Below, piece by piece: positions 26,808-40,699 of a DNA stretch of 64,000 bases (position 1 is the stretch's first letter; the number at the start of each line of letters is the position of its first letter). The position numbers were made by a program, and so were the translations under genes. Under the pieces are notes generated by a model. It did not search any database. It was not told the origin of the DNA and saw nothing but the letters and a program-made list of their open reading frames with translations. This DNA comes from Octopus vulgaris (taxonomy: Eukaryota), in NCBI GenBank assembly GCA_951406725.2, contig OX597830.1, forward strand, positions 10,044,001 through 10,108,000. The letters are read 5' to 3'.

Positions 26808-28046
26808 CTGAGTCATCCCATAAACAATACGTTTTTTATACTTTTACTTTTCAAAATTAAGATAAGCAGATTTCTTTTTTAATCTAAAATATATATTCTC
26901 CATCTATCTGGTAGACTTGCAAGACCCCTCTTCCAAATTTTACTTGTCCGTGACAAAAAATACTCCTCCATTACTGTTCTGACCTCGTCTACAGAATTGC
27001 TAATTTTTCCGTCCAAATCATTTTGAAGACTGTGGAATAAATCATAATGAGATGAGGTAATGTCCGGTTAATATGGTAGGTAGGGGCATCGTTTCCCATT
27101 CAAACTGCTCCAGCCTTTGGAATATCTTCCTCGCGCTACGTGGCCGAGTATTATCCTGATGGAAGAACATCTTTCATCTTGAAACCAAAGATGGTTGTTC
27201 TTCTAGCCGCTAAAGTTGCTCGCAGTAGATCTCCTTTGTTATCATTTGGTTTGGGTTTGAAAGTTCAAAGTGGACTAAAACTTTTATATCCCACCAAACA
27301 GATAACAACTGCTTACGTGGATGAAGACCTTCTTTAGCCTGGGGTGTTTGTGTTTCTCTTTTCCCTACCCACTGTCTTCGGCACTTGACATTTTTATAGA
27401 GAGCCCATTTATCGTCACCGGTCACTCTTCGGTCCAAAAAAGGTTCATTGGGGAGACGTGGCAGCAAAGAAGAGCACACATTCACTCTCTGAGCGCGAAT
27501 AGATCCGGAAAGTTTGTGAGGAACGCACTGACCTAATTTTCTGGCTTTTCCGATGGCACACAGGTATCGATGAATGGTTGAATGATCAAATCCACGCCAG
27601 TCTGCTAGTTCCTCAACAGTTTCAGTGGGATTTTGTTCCAGCAGGTTGGCAGGACATCCTCGTTGAGCTCTACAAATCTTCCAGGACGAGGCTTGTCTTC
27701 TAGGCTGTAGTTTCCAGTTCGGAATTTCTGAAACCACCGTTGATACTGGCTTATGCTTGTCGTCCGATCCCCATATACTGCATTAATATTCTTCGTACTT
27801 TCCGTTGCCTTGTTGCCTTTATTGAACTCATAAACCAAATATACCGAATATGCCCCTTTGCGACTTCTATTATGGCTTTGAAAATATAACCGTTAAAATC
27901 TACTGCAATCTTCAAAACTAGGAATAAGTACAAGGTAACATTACTACCTGCTTTAATAACAAATCGATGCAGGTATTTTCCCCCCTCCCCCTCCGACTTT
28001 TACTTCATGCAATTGAAAAAACTGCATTATTTATGGGATGATCCAA
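26808..28046 (-). mobile_element. Near full-length (~1.24 kb) defective mariner
   Basis: TIRs ctgagtcatcccataaacaatacg / ctgcattatttatgggatgatccaa|TA; YEFNKGNKATES..QRWFQKFRTGNYSLED, CVPHKL (WVPHxL), VTGDDKW, LLSVWWD, HQDN; frameshifted. Confidence 0.93.
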
Positions 28047-29063
28047 TATATATATATATATATACTAAATACTATATATGTTTGTGCGTGTGTGTTTGTG
28101 CCCCCACGCGCACAATATGGGTTACACGAATTTGTAGCAGTTTCCGTTAATTAAAATATTATTTTATTTTGACAGCAATCTGATCAGTTTTCTCCATATT
28201 CTCCTTAGGGAATATGGCACGGAACTCTGAGTGAGAGGTAGGGAAATGAGGGTCCTATACAGCCTTCCTTCTTTCGTTTAGAAATCATTTTGACAAGCAT
28301 TGATGCCTTGTCGTTGTTACAGAGTGAGCCATTGTTTACAACCTCACACATTCCTGTCAAGCACGATCGGTTCTGCAATGGCAGCAAATAAATGCGGTGT
28401 TTAATTAGTTACCTTATATATAAACTTACAGCTGCGTGACTGAAACGATTAAAAGAATAACAGAATAAAAGAATAAAAGAACCAATGTACTATGCTCATG
28501 CAGGTGTTTTTTTTTTAATCTTTTATCTTTTATTTGTTTTAGACATTACATTTTTGATACTTTTAGATTTTTTCTTTTATTAGAAAAATGTGCCTCTAAT
28601 ATGCCATCGATTACAATGAAGATGCAGTGCACCCTTTGGTGAGAATCAAAGGGGCCAGAAACTGGCTCAACCCAAATGTAATATATTCCTAAACTGTACC
28701 ATATCATTCAGTACTCGTCTTTCCGATATTCAACAGTCAACACTAAACTTATATATAGACACTGTTTTGTTCTACATTATTATGTTTAACCTTATAGTTT
28801 CTTATGTGGTGGTTTAATAAAGTATGTGATTGAGTACTATCTGGTAATTGATATTTGATTTAGATGTATTTCTCCATTTTCTTATTTTGTATTATGAATT
28901 TGTGGTAAAACATTTGACCTTTGCCCATATAATACAGTAAATGAATTAATTGCAACGCAATCCTTAACATTTATGTATTAACCTTGTTGGGTACTTCACT
29001 AGCAGTATATTGGATATATGTTATCCCATGGAGGGTTGCATTTACAACCCCTATCTCAATTTG

Positions 29064-29112
<49 letters not shown>

Positions 29113-29169
29113 CTATAGGTGCATATATATGTATGTATATATATATATAGATATAGATGTAGATATATG

Positions 29170-29233
<64 letters not shown>

Positions 29234-29254
29234 CAATATGCACACGCGCATATA

Positions 29255-30980
29255 AGGATTTTTATTACAGCCACAAAAGCCTATTCACAAAGGGGACAGT
29301 ACAAATACAGATAGAACAGCACAGTGGAGACGAAAACATAAAACGAATGAAAGATGGTAATACGTACAATGAAATTGATGGCGATGAAATGGCTGCACGA
29401 GCCCCACTCACATGCCGTACCATTGAAACGTCCTTACTGTCCGTTTATAATCAGTTTTTCGTCCCTTTACATCTTTTGTTTTATTCTTTTTTGTAAACAC
29501 AAGTTACTCTCTTTTCGTTTTATATTTTAAAGCCTTTTTCTATAAGGCCTTAATTCATTTAGTTCGACCAATGACGGTAGTTCGTCGAACTCTACCTGGA
29601 AAGCTGGTGGTTCGAATCTGCATTTCCTTCCACCTGCAGTACTCTTGCTTGTCTTTTAGAATCGCCTTCACATCCTCAGCGTAACTGTCCTTTGGCAACT
29701 TCACCCTTATAACCGATTTCATCTTGGTAATCATTTTTTCCTTTGGCACATTTTTGTCATATTTTACAAAATACCAATTTTTTGTTTACTGTGTAATGTT
29801 CTTGACGTCATTTTATCCGTTTCAGTCGTTGTCGCTTCTTCCTCTCGCTGCTGTTCCACTTCATGGGTTAGACAACCCTGCAGTCTGCTTTCTTCTCTCT
29901 TCTCCTCCTCCATAACTTCTTTCTCAACCTTCTTTACGACTGCTTCCTCTATCTCCTTTGTTTCTTTTTTCTTTTTCTGACTCTCCCGCGGAGTGCCCTT
30001 CCTTTTTCTTTTTTTAACCACTTCGAATCACTCCTCTGCCTCTTTCTCCTCCTCCTGTACCTCATCATTCACTTTCTCCTATTCCTCCGACTGTTCCATT
30101 TCTTGTTCTCTTTCTTCTCTCTGGGGGCAACTCGCCTTCATGTGGCCTTTCTCGTCACACAAATAACATCTGGGAAGCCTGCTCTCCACCACTGCTCTCA
30201 ATCTCACACCTTCAGGTATAATGATTTCTTCTGGAATCTTTATCATATCACTATCAGTTGTCTGAATTGATATCTCGATCCCGTAACCCCACCAGTCCAT
30301 CATTCTCATTCTTATCACTCTTAGGATCCTGGCATCATCTCCATGTTGTATATTATCGCTACAACCTGCCATGTTTCGTCTAATTCTGGTGGTATTTTTC
30401 CCACCCGCACTCGGACAACTCTTCTGCCGCAGTAAGTTGGTAGGAAAACCCACTCTTCCGATTCTATTGCATCAGTGGAGTGCAATATCGCATCCACCTC
30501 GCTACCGAAACGCAACTCCACTCTGCCATATTTTCTTCCTTTTAATTACTTGTAAACGTTTCTCAACTTCTTCAATTGATGCTACTTCAATTTTCTTCGT
30601 TGATATTTTCAGAGTTATATAAATTATCGTTTTCCTCTTTACACTATGACTCAATTCGAGCGAAGGCGTCAACTTTAGATTGTGGCCTCTTTTTTCTAAA
30701 AGGTTGCCGCATTCCTTTAACATTTCCGGCTCGATTTTTATTTCTCGCACCTCCAAATCTTGGACTTCGATAACTTTTCCAGCTGCAGGTGCACAACTAT
30801 GGCTCTTGGCTGGTTCACATTCCATCGTGCTTGGCGTTGGTTCTCCCATAAATGGAAAGAGAAAAACAATTCAACAAATACTCGTGAGACCAAACAGCAA
30901 TTTTAAACAGGAAACAAACGTGGTTACTCCAAAAAGGGGAGATCTCCAACGACAAAATATCACACTTCTTCAACAACCCA
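29255..30980 (-). mobile_element. ORF1-only L1/Tx1-like non-autonomous retroelement (HAL1-like)
   Basis: 5'UTR, frameshifted ORF1 30849->29555 with CYLCDEKGHMKASC knuckle, 3'UTR with AATAAA (29261-66 rc), candidate TSD cgcatata at 29247 and 30981. Confidence 0.75.
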
Positions 30981-30983
30981 CGC

Positions 30984-31047
<64 letters not shown>

Positions 31048-32221
31048 CCATTCCATAAACGTATGATGATATTTAATATTGACTATTCTCGTGGGTGACA
31101 TATTCTATCGCTACAATCGCAACAATTAAATTTTAATTTAATGAATGTTTATCCTAAATTATGATTGCGCTAGACTGATGGTTACTCCCCGCACCTTTTT
31201 AGATCATCTTTGTTATGAGTTCAAATCCTGCCAAGATCAACTGCCTAAAATTCTGTTTTTGGGGGTTCGATAAAAAAAAAAGTTTCAATCCAGATCTGTA
31301 CGTTGGTGGAACTGTAACAGGTCCAGCGAAAGGCTTTACTTTATCTGATCCAGAATTTGGATTCTGACCACAACGCCTGCGGCCATACTAATGGCATGCT
31401 TCTACTGCCCAAATCAATGGCCTTTCCTGTCTGGGATAAACATTGAAGGCGTTGTGAAAGGTGTCTTCTATGCACAGTCAATATTCAGTCTTCCTCAAAA
31501 CATCTTATTCAGGTCTGCACATACATGGGGCGATCCATGGTCAACGCTGGTATACATATATATATATATATGCATGCACACATATGTACATACGTATGTA
31601 TGTATCTTAAATACTACGCCGTCACCTATTTCATTAAAATTGTAATTTTTTCTGTTGTTGATGTTTCATGCAATAGCAAACAATTCTACCGACATAATCC
31701 AAATTGTCTGAATTCTTCCTAAAAATCTAACCATAAATACAACCACTTTTGGATTTTAATTGTTTCCTTCGCTTCCTAGCGTATTAGAGGAGCAAACAGC
31801 AAACAGTGAAGAGGCAATAAAATACTTCTCTTCTCCAAAGTTTTAATTTATCCTGGGGTGCCTCGTCAGTATTTGCATATTCGTTGCATTCCCTCGTTCA
31901 ATTCAGTTTTCTCACAAACCCCTAATAATGTAACCCCCATGTAAGCTGTCAAAACGTTTTCAGATTCTACAGAAGATTACCAAAGACTGTTGGAATTCGA
32001 CGAATTACTGTATAATTTAGTCATCAAAACACCGCGACCATGGGAATCCTGTTCTCTCCAAAAGCATATTTCTCTCAATAATGAAGAAACTGAATAATTT
32101 CAATAATAAATAGGCAGCTTAGAATTATACACTCCCTGCTATAATACGAAAATCCAGTCTTTCTATACCGACATCAAAATTTTGAGTTTGTTTATTTCAT
32201 ATATATATTTTTTTTTTTTAC

Positions 32222-32407
32222 GGAGATGTACTTGCATAGCAAGTGAGTTGATCTGAGATTGTGTGCTGAAACGAAAACAATTGCAGCGTGGGAGGTGTTT
32301 GTAAGCCATTTAAGAAACACACAAAAGCCGTTCGATTCACTTCAACATTCAATTTAATTTGTCAAAATATTTTCGTCGCTTTAAGACCGCGACCTCTTCA
32401 CTGACAC
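32222..32407 (-). mobile_element. Second copy of the 6573 hammerhead-bearing repeat
   Basis: High identity to 6573-6760; minus strand tgtca-GTGAAGA-g-gtcgc ggtcttaaa gcgac-GAAA-atattt-tgaca. Confidence 0.8.
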
Positions 32408-32419
32408 GAAACAGTTTCA

Positions 32420-34310
<1,891 letters not shown>

Positions 34311-34599
34311 TTTCACTCGGAGCTAGCGTGCATTTTCTATTGTTCCATTGTCCTCCTTTTGCATCGATCTAACATCTAGTAGTGAGGTTCAAAAATAATT
34401 ATCACCTTGTTTGTGCGAGATTGCTGTCTATTAGATTACTGACCGTATGAATCCATATGGGGTTCGTTGGTTGTATACCCACTATGCGTCAGTGATGACA
34501 CTACTATCACAGGACGTGTTCATCATAGATTTGGATAGTTGACCATCTTTCATAAATGCATATGAAAGCTTTCCACCAAGCACATCTTTTATTGCATAT

Positions 34600-35010
34600 C
34601 ATTGTTAGCTTCATGATGTTACCCTGCTGTCCGTTTTCTCCACCTGACCATAGCCATATGAAAGACGTTTCCGATTCTATTCACCTCTATTGTATTAATC
34701 CTTAAAGATGCCCGTTTATCAGAATATAACCATATCGTTCTTTCCCATATGTTTTTATCTGAAAATGCCTAATAATAAGATAAACATATCCTCGTGTCTA
34801 AAGAAAGTACCACTTAAGACAAGCTTGTTGCTTGCACAGAAGTTGATCAATCATACAAAATTTTCCTTAGCATCTCCATACAGTTGTCGAATCCCTACAA
34901 CTTACGTATTTGGATCCATAAATATAATAGCAACTCTTTCTTTAGGAACTAATCCCTTTTAGATTTACATCTACAACACTTGGTGGTGAATATCCTGATT
35001 GAGCGATTGT
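34600..35010 (-). mobile_element. RTE-type AP-endonuclease remnant
   Basis: Translates as LINFCASNKLVLSGTFFRHED, resembling the RTE endonuclease 'L..FC..N.L.I..TFF.HK' motif. Confidence 0.55.
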
Positions 35011-35045
35011 CTAAATATCTACTGTTCCCAGATAATTATTTACAG

Positions 35046-35523
35046 TATTTATTTCTTCACTGCCCACAAGGGGCTAAACACAGAGGGGACAAACAAGGAC
35101 AGACAAACGGATTAAATCGATTACATCGACCCTAGTGATTAACTGGTACTTATTTAATCGAACCCGAAAGGATGAAAGGCAAAGTCGACCTCGGCGGAAT
35201 TTGAACTCAGAACGCAACGGCAGACGTAATACGGCTACGCATTTCGCCCGGCGTGCTAACGTTTCTGCCAGCTCACCGCCTTAAAATGATCAAAATAATT
35301 TTATTCTTTATTGCCCTAAACATAGAAGAGACAAACAAGGACAGACCAAGGAATTGAGTCGATTACATCGACCCCAGTGCGTAACTGGTACTTATTTTAT
35401 CGACCCCGAAAGGATGAAAGGCAAAGTCGACCTCGGCGGAATTTGAACTCAGAACGTAACGGCAGACGAAATAACGCTAATCATTTCGCCCGGCGTGCTA
35501 ACGATTCTGCCAGCTCGCCGCCG
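35046..35523 (-). mobile_element. Two tandem SINE B monomers, each with its own head
   Basis: Heads end at ~35282 and ~35523, followed by similar flanks (taaaatgatcaaaataat / taaaacgataaaaataat). Confidence 0.92.
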
Positions 35524-36103
35524 TAAAACGATAAAAATAATGTTAACAGGTAAACAGGCAGTTTTGCATGCCGCACTGTAAGGTCAGGATACAGTCCATT
35601 GTCAAAATGGGGGAAGCTAGGTGGTAATAGCCAAACTGTGAAACTCTAACAAATTGGTTAGACCTTAGCAAACATTTATAAGCAGTGATAACAGTACACC
35701 CAGTTTACTTTTTTCTTTGTGAGACAAGGCTCAATTGGATATGCACTTTGTGCTTTATGTTAGGCATTTACGGATTTAATTTATGCTCCAAGAATTCGCC
35801 AGAACTTTTTGCTTGTCAGTTTTAAAATAATTTCTGTGTCACATCTGGGTGAGTACAAAAACCTCTTATGTTATTGTAATATTTATGCGAATTTTGAACC
35901 CTGTATTTGTGGCAGGTTGTGTAGTAATTTTGCTAGCTTTTTTCTGTTAATATATATGTTGAAAAATTTGTATAAATAGCTAGAGTGTGGATGAATTAAT
36001 TCTTCATGTAGCCAATTTTTTTTTTTGTATTAAGCAACTAACTATAAATTTTGTCTAATGGTTACTCTGCATGCTTGTATGAAGCAGTTTTATGTGAATT
36101 CAA

Positions 36104-36530
36104 AGGAGTGGCTGTGTGGTAAGTAGCTTGCTTACCAACCACATGGTTCCGGGTTCAGTCTCACTGCGTGGCATCTTGGGCAAGTGTCTTCTGCTATAGC
36201 CCCGGGCCGACCAATGCCTTGTGAGTGGATTTGGTAGACGGAAACTGAAAGAAGCCTGTCGTATATATGTATATATATATGTATATGTATGTATGTGTGT
36301 GTGTGTGTGTGTGTGTTTGTGTGTCTGTGTTTGTCCTCCTAGCATTGCTTGACAACCGATGCTGGTGTGTTTACGTCCCCGTAACTTAGCGGTTCGGCAA
36401 AAGTGACCGATAGAATAAGTACTGGGCTTACAAAAGAATAAGTCCCGAGGTTGATTTGCTCGACTAAAAGGCGGTGCTCCAGCATGGCCGCAGTCTAATG
36501 ACTGAAACAAGTAAAAGAGTAAAGTAAGTA
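36104..36530 (+). mobile_element. SINE family A, young copy
   Basis: Pol III box A/B head, internal (TA)/(TG) microsatellite, tail ggcggtgctccagcatggccgcagtc...(gtaaa)n. Confidence 0.95.
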
Positions 36531-36885
36531 AAAAACAAAATTTTTTGTTTGACTATTTAACTTTTTTAACTATAATTATTGATGTAGTTTGGCAGCCGTT
36601 TTCTGTCATGTACTTTTAGTTTAACTGGTTGCTTTGACATTAGATTTATGTTTAGATCCAAGTTTCAAAATCGAAGGTTCGAAAACCGAATTTGTGAATC
36701 CAGAGTTACGAATCACAGTTGTTGAAATCGGGTTTCTGAGTTCGAATTTCGGAACTTTATATATTTTATTTTTATAAATATTTTGACTGCACGTCTAGAG
36801 TAGTATCAATTTATTTTGTTCGCATATGTTTTGTATGTAGGCTGTTTCTGTCGATCTTTTATATATATGTATGTATATATATATC

Positions 36886-36924
<39 letters not shown>

Positions 36925-37087
36925 CCTTTTTTTCTCTCCTTGTTTTTTTCTGTGTATCTTTCTGTCGAAGAACGTAGGCTCGAAACGTAAAAGACTTTTT
37001 ATATTTCTATTCCTGAGCGCTATACTAATACATTTGTTTGTACTCCACCTGCCTTCGTCTTTTGTTTATTTTCGTAAACTTTCCCGT
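36925..37087 (+). mobile_element. Penelope-pLTR-like fragment with CUGUCGA hammerhead motif, inside (TA)n
   Basis: tcttt-CTGTCGA-a-gaac gtag gctc-GAAA-cGTA-aaaga (36957-36994). Confidence 0.65.
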
Positions 37088-37302
37088 TATATATATATAT
37101 ATATATATATGAAAGATCGACAAGCAGTTGTTATAGCAAAAAATCATACGTTGCACTAATATGTATATAACTGATTTCATCGCTAATCTTGTCTGCATCT
37201 GTCCGAAGCGTTTTGGGGTATATGCATTTACATACATATATATATACACACACACACACACACACGTGTGTATGTATATGCATATATACATGTATATCTA
37301 TC

Positions 37303-37358
<56 letters not shown>

Positions 37359-37388
37359 GATTTACATGTATATATCCATATACATGTG

Positions 37389-37426
<38 letters not shown>

Positions 37427-37434
37427 TGTGAGAG

Positions 37435-37476
<42 letters not shown>

Positions 37477-37736
37477 CTATGATGTATAAATAACTAGTAC
37501 TGTGCAATCCCTGTAGCCATTGTGTATATCAGTTCGTAACATTCCACCGATATTATTACATAGAACCACTAATGATTCTCTACATTTCACAACATGTATT
37601 TTTCCATAAGACCAATATTCTTCATCAATTTTGCTTCCGTAACTAGCGCAGGCGCCACCTAGAACACGCAATGACGCTTGTAGTTCATTAAGGAATTTCG
37701 GCTGCCAAGTAACTCGCTGAATATGTTAACAAATTA

Positions 37737-38475
37737 AGGCGGCGAGCTGGCAGAAACGTTAGCACGCCCGGCGAAATGCTTTGCGATATTTCGTCCGCCG
37801 CTGCGTTCTGAGTTCAAATTCCGCCGAGGTCGACTTTGCCCTTCATCCTTTCGGGGTCGATTAAATAACTACCAGTTACGCAGTGGGGTCGATGTAATAG
37901 ACCTAATCCGTGTGTCTGTCCTTGTTTGTCCCCTCTGTGTTTAGCCCCTTGTGGGCAGTAAAGAAATAGGTATTTATTCTGCCGCTATGTTCTGAGTTCA
38001 ATTTCCGCCGAGGTCGACTTTACCCTTTCAGCCATTTGGGGTCGATTAAATAAGTACCATTTACGCACTGTGGTCGATATAATCGACTTAATCGGTTTGT
38101 CTGTCCTTGTTCGTCCCTTCTGCGTTTAGCCCCTTGTGGGTAATAAAGAAATAGGTATTTCGTCTGCTGACACGTTCTGAGTTCAAATTCCACCGAGGTC
38201 GACTTTGCCTTTCATCCTTTCGGGGTCGACAAATTAAGTACCAGTTACGCACTGAGGTCGATATAATCGACTTAATCCGTTGTCTGTCCTTGATTGTCCT
38301 CTCTGTGTTTAGCCTCTTGTGGGTAGTAAAGAAACAGGTATTTCGTCTGCCGTTACGTTCTGAGTTCAAATTCCACCGCGGTTGACATTGCCAGTCATCT
38401 TTTTGGGGTCGATGAAATAAAGTACCAGTTAAACACTGGGGTCGATATAATCGACTAGTCACCTTCCCACAAATA
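37737..38475 (+). mobile_element. SINE family B tandem array (head + 4 units)
   Basis: Junction aaagaaa(t/c)aggtattt at ~37960, ~38146 and ~38328. Confidence 0.93.
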
Positions 38476-39224
38476 TGTAAACAACTTAAGAAGCATTCTT
38501 TTATGGATGATGGAACGTAAAACATAAGAAAGTATAGTTAGGTAATAGACAGGGCGATTCGAATAAGGAAATTAATAATAGTTTCCATTTTTTATTCTTA
38601 TAATTTTACATCATTTAAAAAATTTTAACGTTCCAAAAAGTCCATTTGAGCAATCTCAGTAAAAATATGATTTATATTTAATGAAATTACTTTATAGTTT
38701 TTCTGTTTTTTATTTCTATATTTATTGGCTTCTAAATTATTTAGTGTTGAAATATAGATCGCCTTTTAATATTCTTAAGACGCCTCTGAAAATATATAGA
38801 CGCCCAATCATTTATTAATATTCACTGTGTAAATGTATACGACAGACTTAACAAACCGATATCAGATACTGAAATTGCGATATTGTTTAATACTTTACAT
38901 AAAACAAAATCCACAAAAATATAGAGACAAGCTTATGTTACTAATGTCTTTTGAACCACACCACATCAGAAAATACAAGAATATACGTCAGTCAAGACTA
39001 CATAGTTTCGACTAACAGACAGACAGTTGCATATTGGTGGGAATGTATTCATGACGTAGTGTTGTTTCTGATAAGGGACTTATTGATGTCACTTTGCATG
39101 GCGATGACGCTGTTATAGCATGCGATAGTATAATATATGTATATATTTACAGAATACATTAACAGACAGGAATTCTGCAGACATGACGGTATATATATAT
39201 TGTGTGTGTGTATGTATATATGCA

Positions 39225-39263
<39 letters not shown>

Positions 39264-39287
39264 GTGCATATATATGTGTCTGTGTGT

Positions 39288-39330
<43 letters not shown>

Positions 39331-39482
39331 ATACAGATACGTATGTATATGTTTGGAATGGGATATTACATGTACAATATTGCGTGTAGAATACATTAAT
39401 AGCCAAACGTCTACAAACACACACACTCATATATATATACACACACACACATTTATATATATACACACACACATGCACACAT

Positions 39483-39527
<45 letters not shown>

Positions 39528-39540
39528 CATACATATATAT

Positions 39541-40198
39541 GATGATGGCTGCCCCCTCGTTATCGAGTATGGCCATTGCAAGAAGCTTAACTGTTACTGG
39601 TGCTGAGATCGAATGTGACTTTTATTTGCTTCTTAAGGCTGCAGCCAGCCATTCAGTTGAGACTCACAGCACCATCAACAATCATGAACAATGTTGTTAT
39701 TGTGCAATGCCTGTGCAAGAAGATTTTTTTTAAAGTGAGGAAAGGCTGTGCACTGAGTCAATCCCACTCACTAAGCCAACAGCAGCCATAATCCGAAAAG
39801 AAGAGCAAGTCAACATCATCGGTAACCACTGAGCTGCAGGTTTAATGTCGGAGTAATCCTAGTTACCTAAGTTACCTTCTCCTAGACGGATGCCCTAACA
39901 AAGGCTAGGAGTCCTTCACTCCCAATGGTTTAACCGCGCGATCGGCTATTCAGTCCGATTATTTCTATGTTCCCGCGCATGATACAGCCTTAAGACATTT
40001 ATTGGATGGCCGTTGACTCTCAAGAGTGCCTCCACCCTTTGATGGGTTTTGTTTTTCATCCCGCAGGGTGTCCAATAAATCCCCTCCTCACCAAGCAAGC
40101 TTGGTGGGGCTGCCGGTTTAGTCGCCGACAGCCCGACCATACAACAGGTTGTACTGGGTTACATGTTACCAGTAGCACTCGAAAGTGACCTGACATAA
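39541..40198 (-). mobile_element. Non-autonomous bipartite RTE derivative (5'UTR fused to 3' end)
   Basis: RTE-like leader motif tagggcatccgtctaggagaaggtaact; 3' tail atggccatactcgataacgagggggcagccatcat similar to the RTE tail at 23294; candidate TSD acatacatatatat (39527, 40199). Confidence 0.7.
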
Positions 40199-40237
<39 letters not shown>

Positions 40238-40699
40238 TACATAAATATATACATATACATATATGTGTGTGTGCGCGTGTATGTGTGTATGCAAGTATGC
40301 ATGTATGCACGAATTTATTTTGAAGGCAGTGTGGGGAAATATCACCACCATCTGCAGCATCACCGCGAACGTAACCACCAGCGCCACAGCTGTTACCACG
40401 GCAACTACAACTACCATGATGAAGATAGCGATGACAACGGTAAAGATAGAGAATCGAGAGATGACCCTCCCATCTTTAGCAGTCACGTGTCCAACTGACC
40501 TAAACCCCCCCCTCTATATTAGCATTAATTGCTTGAGTATTAAACAGACAAGATCGACTTAATGTAAACATTTGGTGGAAACATTGACAATCTAATTACT
40601 ACCTTTAATTACCCGATCACAATTCCCTTCCAATTGTCCCATAACTTCAACACTTTAAACTCTAGCAAACTTCATCATTGGCAGACATTTCAATGATAT

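Noticed and set aside
37737-38475. CRISPR-like appearance of the regularly repeated units
   Set aside because: Whole ~180-bp units repeat, there are no unique spacers or cas genes, and the context is eukaryotic.
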